Shown piece after piece: positions 39,110 through 47,306 of a stretch of DNA of 64,000 nt (the stretch's first letter is position 1; each line of letters begins with the position of its first letter). The stretch is from NCBI GenBank assembly GCA_963835065.1, contig CAWIEK010000044.1:416001-480000 (forward strand), in the 5' to 3' direction. Source of the stretch: an uncultured Chthonomonadaceae bacterium (GTDB taxonomy: Bacteria > Armatimonadota > Chthonomonadetes > Chthonomonadales > Chthonomonadaceae). The notes beneath the pieces were generated by a model. That model was not told where the DNA came from, ran no database searches, and worked only from the letters and a program-made list of their open reading frames with translations. A program made the translations under genes and the position numbers.

Positions 39110-39763
39110 ATGAACACACTATACACGCGCAGAACACTTCTTACCGGGGCGCTGACGGCGATTTTAACGGGCGCGTTAGCCCCGACGCTTTTGGCCGCGC
39201 CCAAACCGCCGGCTTCGGGGATGCCCGCCGGCAAGGAAGTGGCGACGTTTGCCGCCGGATGCTTCTGGAGCATGGAAGCGATTTTCAATCAGCTGAAGGG
39301 CGTGGAAAAAGCCGAATCAGGCTACGCGGGCGGCAAAACGGCCAAGCCCACGTATGAGCAGGTAGAAACCGGCACGACGGGCCACGCCGAAACGCTCAAC
39401 ATCACCTTCGACCCAAAGGTCATCACGTACCGCGATCTGCTGGAAGTGCTGCTGACCGTGCGCGATCCAACCAGCGTGAACCGGCAGGGCAACGACGAGG
39501 GACCGCAGTACCGCTCCATCATCTTCTACCGGACGCCGGCGCAGAAGCAGGCGGCGGAAGAGATGATTGCGCAGTTCACGCAGAAAAAGGTGTGGCCGAA
39601 TCCCATTGTGGTCAAGGTGCAGCCCTTCACCACCTTCTACCGCGCCGAAGATTACCACACCAACTTTTACAACCTGCACCCGGATCAAGGCTACTGCAAA
39701 AACGTAATCGCGCCCGAAATCGCAGAGTTCCGCCAGAAATTCAAATCCAAGCTGAAGAAGTAA
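39110..39763 (+). CDS. msrA: Peptide methionine sulfoxide reductase A with a Tat-like signal
   Basis: Motifs AGCFW, GYAGG, TGHAE, QYRS and AEDYH. N-terminal TRRTLL. Confidence 0.95.
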   Translation: MNTLYTRRTLLTGALTAILTGALAPTLLAAPKPPASGMPAGKEVATFAAGCFWSMEAIFNQLKGVEKAESGYAGGKTAKPTYEQVETGTTGHAETLNITFDPKVITYRDLLEVLLTVRDPTSVNRQGNDEGPQYRSIIFYRTPAQKQAAEEMIAQFTQKKVWPNPIVVKVQPFTTFYRAEDYHTNFYNLHPDQGYCKNVIAPEIAEFRQKFKSKLKK

Positions 39764-39793
39764 CCGACAGGGTTGCTTTTCTGCACAGAAGTC

Positions 39794-39830
39794 AGGAGCA
39801 GGCGGCAAGGTACACTTGCCGCCTGCTCCT
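39794..39830. terminator. Perfect hairpin between convergent genes
   Basis: AGGAGCAGGCGGCAAG pairs with CTTGCCGCCTGCTCCT. Confidence 0.75.
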
Positions 39831-39837
39831 ATAGTTG

Positions 39838-40170
39838 TTAAGCGGCAACGGTAATACGCCCTTGCTGCCCTGATTCCTGTGGTGGGCTTGCCGTAACTGT
39901 GATTTCCACGTCACAGCCCAACGCCCTCAACATACGTACCAGATGATCGTAAGTGACGGCGGATAATTTGCCGCGCTGCAAGTGACTGATTTTCGCTCGG
40001 TCGGTTCCGACTAGCGCGGCAACCTCCATTTGTGTTAAGCCACGCGACTCAATGCGCCGTAGAATAGCAAGCGCCAGTTTCGCTTTCGCCATTTCTTCGT
40101 CGGCATTGGGCAGTCCTAAGTCGGCAAACACATTGCCCGAACTGCGAATAATTTGATCTGTGTCGCTCAC
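39838..40170 (-). CDS. XRE/HigA-like HTH antitoxin (orphan)
   Basis: Motifs SSGNVFADLG, KAKLA and LTQMEVA. Confidence 0.85.
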   Translation of the reverse strand: MSDTDQIIRSSGNVFADLGLPNADEEMAKAKLALAILRRIESRGLTQMEVAALVGTDRAKISHLQRGKLSAVTYDHLVRMLRALGCDVEITVTASPPQESGQQGRITVAA

Positions 40171-40183
40171 GGCTTGACTGTCC

Positions 40184-41308
40184 TCAGTTCAGAATCCGCT
40201 TGACCACATCAATTACGTTACCGGCATCGCCGGTTTCCTGCGCGGCTTGCAGTTTGTCTTTCACCTGATAGATTTTCAGCGCTTTTTTCATGGCGTTGGC
40301 GAACAGTTCTTTGGATAGCGACATGGCTTTGACCGGCTCCATGCGGTACGTGAACTGATCTTCGCCGAACCAGCCCTCATAGCCCGTGTCTATCGCCGCG
40401 TAGCAGAATTCGGCAAGCCGCCAGATGTCGTCCGTGCCCGTCACGCGGTCTTCGTCGTTGCTGTTGTACTTGGCCGCGTTGATGTGGAAGTTGGCAATCG
40501 GAACGCGCATCCGCTTGAGCAGATACAGGCTGTCGGCAGGCTGATTGCCCACCATTTGCTCATGTCCATAGTCAATCACGACGCCCATGACCGTTGCGCC
40601 AACGGTTTCATTGACAGTCTTGGCGACAAGAGCGGCTTTGGCGGTCGTGTTCAAAATCATGTTGCCTTCGCGGGGTTCTTTCTGCTTGGCCTCCGTGCCG
40701 AACTTCAAGCCCAGGCTTTGCGCTTTGCGGGCGATTTCCACGCAGCCGTCAATAAACCAGTCCAACTGCTGCCCGTAGTTCACCTCAAAATGGTAGTCCC
40801 ACCCGTCCGAACCGGGCCACAATTGCGCGCTCGGACAGTTCAGGCGTTTGGCAAGCTCCACGGTTTGCAGGCAGTATTCCAGTCCCATCTGCCGCCGTCC
40901 CGCGTCCGGGTTGGTAATGCCGCCCATGCGGTAATACGCCCGCGTCCAGATGTTGGTGTTCATGTTCGTGGGAACCAGGTTGTAATGGGCCAGCGCGTCC
41001 TGCACTTCGCGGATTTTGGCCTCGTCAATGGTCAGCGTATTGCCGTTTTCGCTCAAAAACATCTCGTTATTGAGTTCCACGCCTTTAATGCCCGCCTGCG
41101 CCACGCGGGAAATCTGCCCCACCGCGCTTTCATCCAGGGGTTCTTCCAGATAGGAGCGGCAAAAGCGGTCGCTGAACCCGCCCGCGCACCAGTGCCCGGC
41201 GGAAAAGTTGATGCCATACGTGTCGAAAAAAGCGTTCACAGCGTCTTCTTCCAAATAGCCGTTAAAAGTCGTGTCCAGTTGTTTCAGATTGTCGTCGGTG
41301 ACGTGCAT
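40184..41308 (-). CDS. Xylose-isomerase-like TIM-barrel sugar isomerase
   Basis: Motifs WPGSDG, EAKQKEPRE, DYGHE, FHIN and DED. Confidence 0.8.
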   Translation of the reverse strand: MHVTDDNLKQLDTTFNGYLEEDAVNAFFDTYGINFSAGHWCAGGFSDRFCRSYLEEPLDESAVGQISRVAQAGIKGVELNNEMFLSENGNTLTIDEAKIREVQDALAHYNLVPTNMNTNIWTRAYYRMGGITNPDAGRRQMGLEYCLQTVELAKRLNCPSAQLWPGSDGWDYHFEVNYGQQLDWFIDGCVEIARKAQSLGLKFGTEAKQKEPREGNMILNTTAKAALVAKTVNETVGATVMGVVIDYGHEQMVGNQPADSLYLLKRMRVPIANFHINAAKYNSNDEDRVTGTDDIWRLAEFCYAAIDTGYEGWFGEDQFTYRMEPVKAMSLSKELFANAMKKALKIYQVKDKLQAAQETGDAGNVIDVVKRILN

Positions 41309-41421
41309 GAGCGTCCAGTCTCCTTGTAGAAATCCCTTTCAGTAGAAACTAGGGAAATTGCAGATGTGGTTTGACGCTCTTATAATTCGTGATGGGGGCG
41401 GGGGGTTCCTGCTGAAATGTT

Positions 41422-41548
41422 GTTAGTTGATAGTTGATAGTTGATAGTAGCTTCCCGCGTACCAGGGATATCTTCGTGCAAACGTTACGCTCGAAAGACG
41501 AATCTACAGCAGGACACTATCAACTATCAACTATCAACTATCAACTAC
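41422..41548. repeat. Inverted GATAGTT/AACTATC arrays
   Basis: Arms at 41422-41447 and 41516-41548. On the minus strand the array begins at the TAG of the SdrD-like gene. Confidence 0.92.
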
Positions 41549-42867
41549 CTCAACACGCCGCCATTCCACCAACCGCACAGGAAGTTGCTGTTGATGGCGG
41601 CGACCGTATTGTTCAGCGTACACAGGGATACGCCGGACGGCAGCGCGGCGGTATCGCCCAGGACGCCGTTTGCCAGGTAAAGCACCTGCGCGACGGTATA
41701 GCCGGACAGGGGCCCGCACGTTACCTGCAAATCCGCCAGGCCGCAGCGGGTTGCGCCCGCGTCGGAAATGTCCACGTTCAATTGCAGCGCAGTCACTTCC
41801 CCGGCCAGGCTGCCCGCTTCGATCCCACACGTCGGATTGACATAACTGCGCGTCAGTTTGCCGGGCATGCCACACTGCGGCAGGAAGTTCACGATGTCAC
41901 ACGCTTTTTTGTACGTGATCGTTTTTCCTCGGCCCACTGTCAGGCCGTTGGGATACAGACAGGTGTAAAACTTGTCTATCCAGGCAGTCAGGCACGAGCA
42001 GTTGATAGGCGTTCCGTACTCGCACTGCGTAAACGTGATGAACGGCGCGCAATTTTTCGCCAGGCAAAGCAAAAAGTTTTCGTTTACATAATTGGTTCCT
42101 CCCGTAGTCGCCGCCACTTTCAGGGACACGCAATTGAGCAGGGTCGCCGCCGTACCCGGCAGAGCGTTGTCCGCGCTCAGGCCGCAGGGAACGATTTCCC
42201 GGACCGTGTACGCGCCTGCCGACTCGTTCATAAAGCAATAGCTGCCGTTAATGTCGCTTGCCGTCGTGTCCACCACATTGCCGCTGCCGTCCATGAGTTG
42301 CAGGCAAACATCGCTCAGTCCCGGCTCGCCCGCTTGCAGGGTTCCATTGCAATTGATGTCGCGGTACACCACGCCGCAGATATTGACCGGCTGAACAACA
42401 GGCGGCGGCGGTGGCGGAGCCTGTTGCGTAATCAGAAAGTCGTTGGGCGTATAGCTGTCGCCCTCCGTCAGCGCGGGAATTTGAATAGTGGTATTGCTGA
42501 CCTTCACGCCAACAGGGTTAGCGCTCACGATGACAAACCCGCTTGCTTCCATGCCCGGAAGCGCGTTTGTCGCCGTGTAGCCTGTCGGTATCGTTGCCAG
42601 CTTGACCGTGTAGGTTCCCGGCGTCAGGCTGCCGAATGTATAGCTGTGATCTCCTCCCGGTCCCGTATATGCCGAGGCCACCAGGGTATTAGTAGTGTCG
42701 TACAAGTTGACCTGTACGCCGGCAAGGGGAGTTTCCCCCGCGTCCAAAACCCCGTTTCCGTTCGCGTCGTTATACACATGCCCGGCAATACTGGTGCCGC
42801 CAACGTCCGCCTTTGCCCAGGTGGGCGTAAGCAGCGTCAGCCCTGCAGCAAGCGCCAGGGAAAGCAT
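41545..42867 (-). CDS. Secreted Cys-rich protein with two SdrD-B/Cna-B-like domains (start uncertain; 42963 possible)
   Basis: Signal peptide ending AKA. Repeats G.VY.D.NGNG..DAGE.PL.GV.V.L and GSY.F..L.PGTYTV. Confidence 0.8.
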   Translation of the reverse strand: MLSLALAAGLTLLTPTWAKADVGGTSIAGHVYNDANGNGVLDAGETPLAGVQVNLYDTTNTLVASAYTGPGGDHSYTFGSLTPGTYTVKLATIPTGYTATNALPGMEASGFVIVSANPVGVKVSNTTIQIPALTEGDSYTPNDFLITQQAPPPPPPVVQPVNICGVVYRDINCNGTLQAGEPGLSDVCLQLMDGSGNVVDTTASDINGSYCFMNESAGAYTVREIVPCGLSADNALPGTAATLLNCVSLKVAATTGGTNYVNENFLLCLAKNCAPFITFTQCEYGTPINCSCLTAWIDKFYTCLYPNGLTVGRGKTITYKKACDIVNFLPQCGMPGKLTRSYVNPTCGIEAGSLAGEVTALQLNVDISDAGATRCGLADLQVTCGPLSGYTVAQVLYLANGVLGDTAALPSGVSLCTLNNTVAAINSNFLCGWWNGGVLR

Positions 42868-43020
42868 CGCGCGTAAACCAACACGCCTCGCGCTTCCGCT
42901 TCGCCCGTTGCCCCGCCCCGTCGTCCGAATACATGCGCTGTTAAAGAATGTGCTGTTAAAAATGGCTCTTTCCTCGATGCCGCCACAGCCAATTACTGCG
43001 GCAGCAGGGTAACGGTCCTT

Positions 43021-43225
43021 TCGGCAGTTCGGCGACCGTAAGGTAAAGCGCTGAACGATGAGTGATGAGTGATGAATAAGGAGAACTTGTGTTGAGCGCG
43101 TTGTTCGTGAGAACATAGACGGCGCAACACAAGTTCACTCATCATTCAGCATTCATCATTCAGCACTCCCCCTGTTAGGTCCGTAACTTTGCGCCACCGG
43201 CTTTCACCGGGTTTGCCCGTTCGGT
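43021..43225 (-). ncRNA. c-di-GMP-I (GEMM-I) riboswitch with expanded P3 (copy B)
   Basis: Minus strand reads GGGCAAACCCGGT-GAAA-GCCGGTGGCGCAAAG..GGACCTAA[insert]TACGGTCGCCGAACTGCCGA. Confidence 0.85.
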
Positions 43226-43301
43226 TGGAGCCTCTGATTTACGATGTGAGTACGGTGTCTTCTATCTACTGTCTTCTGCCTTCTGCTTCTATCTTTTCCC
43301 C

Positions 43302-44052
43302 TTACGCCTTGCGGCGGCGAATGGCGAACGCGCTCAGGCCGACCAGGCCGGAAATCATCAGGCTGACCGCGCCCGGTTCGGGCACGTTGGCCGGGCCAAT
43401 CAGAACTCTGGCCGGTTGTGGACGTGGGATGAACCGCATCCAGGAACGTCGCCGTGCCGGCGAAAGTGGTTGGCAAGTGGTCAAGATAGCCGGTATTGCT
43501 GCTATTGGTTATAAACCCTTTGATGGTGTTGTAATTGTCATTGCTTGCGTCATCGCCAAGCACGCTGGTAAATTGGAAGTTTCCGGCATTTAGGTTGATG
43601 CCCTGAACGCCGTAATCATATTCCACTTCCCAGATAGCGATTTGAAGCGCGGCTCCTTTCGCTGCGCTGCCGCCCACGCCTGCCGCAAAGGTATCGTACA
43701 GGTAAGCGATCTGGGCGCCGCTTGTTGGAAATGCCGTCTTGATGTCCTTCGGGTTAAGCGTCTCCGTCGGCTGAAGGAAATGCCCCAGATCGACACAATA
43801 CGAGTCAAAGTTGGTGAACGCGATTCCCGGTCCGACGACGTTTGTAGCGAACGGACCGGCATACGACGTGTTCCCATTGACCGGTGTGCCTCCATTGACG
43901 CTGCTGTACGAAAAGCTAATTCCGTACCCGGGAATGATGCGATCTGTGGTCGTCATCGTAATCTGCGCCTGCGCGCTGACGGCTGCCCCGGACAAAGCAA
44001 GAACGGCAAACAGAGAGTGTAGTTTTCGCACGGTTTGGCTCCTTACTGACAT
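43302..44052 (-). CDS. PEP-CTERM sorted surface protein (frameshift near 43405)
   Basis: Signal peptide SAQA; YCVDL and ALQIAIWEVEYD; VPEPGAVSLMISGLVGLSAFAIRRRKA in the shifted frame. Confidence 0.85.
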
Positions 44053-44060
44053 GCTCCGAC

Positions 44061-44265
44061 TCGGCAGTTCGGCGACCGTAAGGTAAAGCGCTGAACGATG
44101 AGTGATGAGTGATGAATAAGGAGAACTTGTGTTGAGCGCGTTGTTCGTGAGAACATAGACGGCGCAACACAAGTTCACTCATCATTCAGCATTCATCATT
44201 CAGCACTCCCCCTGTTAGGTCCGTAACTTTGCGCCACCGGCTTTCACCGGGTTTGCCCGTTCGGT
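44061..44265 (-). ncRNA. c-di-GMP-I (GEMM-I) riboswitch with expanded P3 (copy A)
   Basis: Identical over 205 nt to 43021-43225. Its 3' end abuts the GGAG RBS of the PEP-CTERM gene. Confidence 0.85.
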
Positions 44266-44566
44266 GGGAACCGTTTAGATGCGAATTCTAACCGCGCTTG
44301 GTTTATGCGCGGCTGAACGATGCTAATTCTGGCTGGATAGGAGCGGGACATTCCCCGCAAAGCTAGGGGAATCAAGATGCAGGGCGATACGTAACGCGCA
44401 AACCGGCAAAGGAACGAGGGAACGCGGGAAATTAGGGTGAATTGGATGCAGTATCGGCATTGCGGCAGGGGCGGAACGTGCTATAATGAAGGCGAAACGT
44501 CCGCGCTGTCAGTGTTGGGCTTGCGCAGCGGCGAAGCGGGAAAGATTCCTGTTTTTTCTGTTAGTG

Positions 44567-44624
44567 ACTTTCAACAAAATAGCTGTTCCAGTCCGCGAAG
44601 GCAGGCTTCGTTATCACAGCCGCG
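44567..44624 (+). repeat. Dispersed REP/MITE-like repeat (copy B)
   Basis: Matches the repeat at 38942-39000. Confidence 0.7.
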
Positions 44625-44716
44625 AGAAGAAATTTAGATTAGGTACTCACGGCATGGCATAGAATACTTGCGGATAATGGGGAGCAGGTTCGCGGCGTGG
44701 CGGAGCGAGGCATGAG

Positions 44717-45274
44717 GTGAGGCTATTTGTCGGCAATTCCAGACGGCAATTCGAGCAGCAGGCGCAAACAGTTTTTGCCCCGCTGTATCAGGCCGCTTTG
44801 CGCCTGACGCGGCAGGTCGAATGGGCGGAAGACCTGACGCAGGACACGCTGATCCGCGCCTACGAGCGCTACGATTCGTTTACGCCGGGAACCAACTTCC
44901 GCGCGTGGCTGTTTACTATACTGACGCACACGTATTTGAATGACTGCGAACGCGCCAAGCGCCGTCCCATCACGGCCAGTTACGCAGCAACCGCCGGCAG
45001 TCCCGAATGGGAATACGCCGACCAGGACGCGGAACACGACCCTGTGACCGCCCTGATGACGCAGGTATTGGATGAGCGCCTGCAATCGGCGCTGGACACG
45101 CTGCCGGAAGAATTTCGATTGGCGATCATTCTGGTGGATTTGGAAGAGTTACCCTATCAGCAGGCGGCGGAAGCCCTGCATGTGCCCATTGGAACCGTGC
45201 GCTCCCGCGTCTTTCGCGGGCGTTCGCACCTGCGCGCCGCGTTGGAACCCCAGCCCGCCGCGCAGCGTCCATAA
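44717..45274 (+). CDS. ECF RNA polymerase sigma factor
   Basis: Motifs AEDLTQDT, GTNFRAWLF and GTVRSRVFRGR. Confidence 0.92.
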   Translation: MRLFVGNSRRQFEQQAQTVFAPLYQAALRLTRQVEWAEDLTQDTLIRAYERYDSFTPGTNFRAWLFTILTHTYLNDCERAKRRPITASYAATAGSPEWEYADQDAEHDPVTALMTQVLDERLQSALDTLPEEFRLAIILVDLEELPYQQAAEALHVPIGTVRSRVFRGRSHLRAALEPQPAAQRP

Positions 45275-45437
45275 ACAATACACTTCCATAAGCGCGGCCT
45301 ACCCATACCTCCCGCGCCCAACCACCCTAATAACCAAATACCCGAACACCTGAATACCGACTGCACCTGAACACCTGAACACCTGAACACCAACACCGCC
45401 GCTTTCAACGAAGAATACAGCAGATAAGGACAGCCGA

Positions 45438-46235
45438 TTGAATTCCGCGTGTCAGCAAGTCGAAACACTTCTTGAGGATTTTGTTACCGGACAGGGTGAC
45501 GCGAAAACGCGCCGCATGGTGCAAGCGCACCTGGACACCTGTTCCGCGTGCCGCGCCCGGATGCGCGAACAAACGGCCATTCGCCACCAACTGCGCCTGC
45601 TTGCAAAGCGGGATGTCGGCGTGAAGCCGCCCGCTCACCTGTGGGAACGCGCCGCCCGGACATGGGATGCCCGCGATGCGCAGAAACGCCGTGTCGGCAA
45701 AATGCGCTGGGCGCTGGCGGGAAGCTGTATGCTCTTGTTTCTCCTCAGCGCGGTCTGGGCCAACCTGACGGTCAGCCATGAGTTTCCTGTGGAAGCCGCG
45801 CTGCGCAATTTCCGGGAGGTGAAAACGCATCTTCCCATTCCGATGTGCGCCACCGCCGACGCCGACAAGGCTGCGCACTGGCTGCGCGATAATCTCAACG
45901 CCGAATTGCCGCCCATCAACCTTTCACTTTCGCGTGGCGAGTTGTTGGGCGCAGATGTGATTGCCACCCCGGACCGCCCCCTCGGACGCCTGCTGTATCG
46001 CACTCCCCAGGGAATTGCCGCCGTATACCTGGCTCCGAACAGCGGGCATTTCGCCCGAACAACGCAACTGCCCATCGGAAACCAAATGTTCCAGGTAAGA
46101 AACACGGTGGATGTGGGAATGTATGGGTGGGAAGCAAACACGGTAGGTTTCGGCCTGCTTTTAGACCAACCCATCAGCGCAGGACGCGCCACCGCCACCA
46201 ATGCGGCGCAGGCGACGGCGGAGAAGGAGCAGTAG
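45438..46235 (+). CDS. Zinc-binding (zf-HC2/ZAS) membrane anti-sigma factor
   Basis: HLDTCSAC motif and one TM helix, downstream of the ECF sigma gene. Confidence 0.85.
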   Translation: MNSACQQVETLLEDFVTGQGDAKTRRMVQAHLDTCSACRARMREQTAIRHQLRLLAKRDVGVKPPAHLWERAARTWDARDAQKRRVGKMRWALAGSCMLLFLLSAVWANLTVSHEFPVEAALRNFREVKTHLPIPMCATADADKAAHWLRDNLNAELPPINLSLSRGELLGADVIATPDRPLGRLLYRTPQGIAAVYLAPNSGHFARTTQLPIGNQMFQVRNTVDVGMYGWEANTVGFGLLLDQPISAGRATATNAAQATAEKEQ

Positions 46236-46237
46236 GT

Positions 46238-46345
46238 GTAGGCATTAGGCATTAGGCATTAGTGCCTGTTTAAGCAGACTACTTTCGTCTAAAGGCACAT
46301 CGCGTTCAAGCCGACAATGAGCAGCCTAATGCCTAATGCCTAATA
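46238..46345. repeat. Inverted GCATTAG/CTAATGC arrays between convergent genes
   Basis: Arms at 46238-46262 and 46325-46345. Confidence 0.9.
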
Positions 46346-46351
46346 TCTTCC

Positions 46352-47101
46352 TCAAAACGCCACATCCTCATCGCGGTACTGGAGGGGAACGGACGCGGCG
46401 GAGGGGGACCAGTGCAGATCGGGGCCGGGGCCGTAGCGGGCGTTGGTGGTGTTGGCGAGGCGTATCCAGGCGGCATGGTTGTCCACGAAAACCATGTTCA
46501 TTTCGGCACGGCGGTCGTATTCTGAAAAACTCGTATCGGAATGAAACGCCCATTGTTCCCAGAGCAGGGCTGTGGATGTCAGGGAATGGACTTGCGCCAG
46601 GGGCAGGCCGGTCGCCAGCAGCATTTTGAATTCATAGGAGGTCAGGGCGGCGCCCCGGTCATTGTCGGCGGGGCAATGGTACACATCCTGGCCGCTGAGA
46701 GTGGAGGACTGTAAGGCGCGTGAGCGCGACTCGGCGTAGGGACGCGACAGGGAAACCCAGGAAATCTGGTTAGGCTGCGCTCCCAGCGCCCGGCAGAACC
46801 GGTCATGCCATCCCAATGGCGCTTCATCAGGGTCGGAAAAGCGCGAAGCAACCTTGTAGGACGGGTACACGTTGTCGTAATCTTCGATATACATGCTGAC
46901 GGCGAGAGCACTTTGGTGCATGTTGTTGAAACACGTCGAGCGGTTCGCATCCCGTCGCGCCCGCCCCAAAACCGGCATCAGCGCCACGATAATCAGCGCC
47001 ACGACAGCCACAACTATCAGCAGTTCCAGCAGCGTAAAAGCGCGTGAAACGCCTGCCTGCGTCCTGAGTTTCGCCTGATTGTGCCGCGCGTTCCTGTTCA
47101 C
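46352..47101 (-). CDS. Prepilin-type N-methylation domain protein (DUF1559-like)
   Basis: AFTLLELLIVV, with a degenerate C-terminal N..FVDNH. Confidence 0.8.
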   Translation of the reverse strand: MNRNARHNQAKLRTQAGVSRAFTLLELLIVVAVVALIIVALMPVLGRARRDANRSTCFNNMHQSALAVSMYIEDYDNVYPSYKVASRFSDPDEAPLGWHDRFCRALGAQPNQISWVSLSRPYAESRSRALQSSTLSGQDVYHCPADNDRGAALTSYEFKMLLATGLPLAQVHSLTSTALLWEQWAFHSDTSFSEYDRRAEMNMVFVDNHAAWIRLANTTNARYGPGPDLHWSPSAASVPLQYRDEDVAF

Positions 47102-47306
47102 CGTTTTCTCGCCCTCACACCCGTTGCTTCATGTTCTGCCGTCCAGCCATTGCGCGTATTCGACGGGTGAATAGCAAACGCCCTGAATGAGCAATCACAG
47201 CAAATACGTAGTTCCTGTCCCTCTATCAACTATCAACTATCAACTATCAACTTCTAAGCGGAACCTCTCGCGCCCCTATTGTCTATTGTGAGTGTACCAC
47301 ACGCCT

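Noticed and set aside
43021..44265. 205-bp direct repeats as IS ends or att sites
   Set aside because: There is no transposase or integrase, and the repeat boundaries coincide with the riboswitch aptamer.
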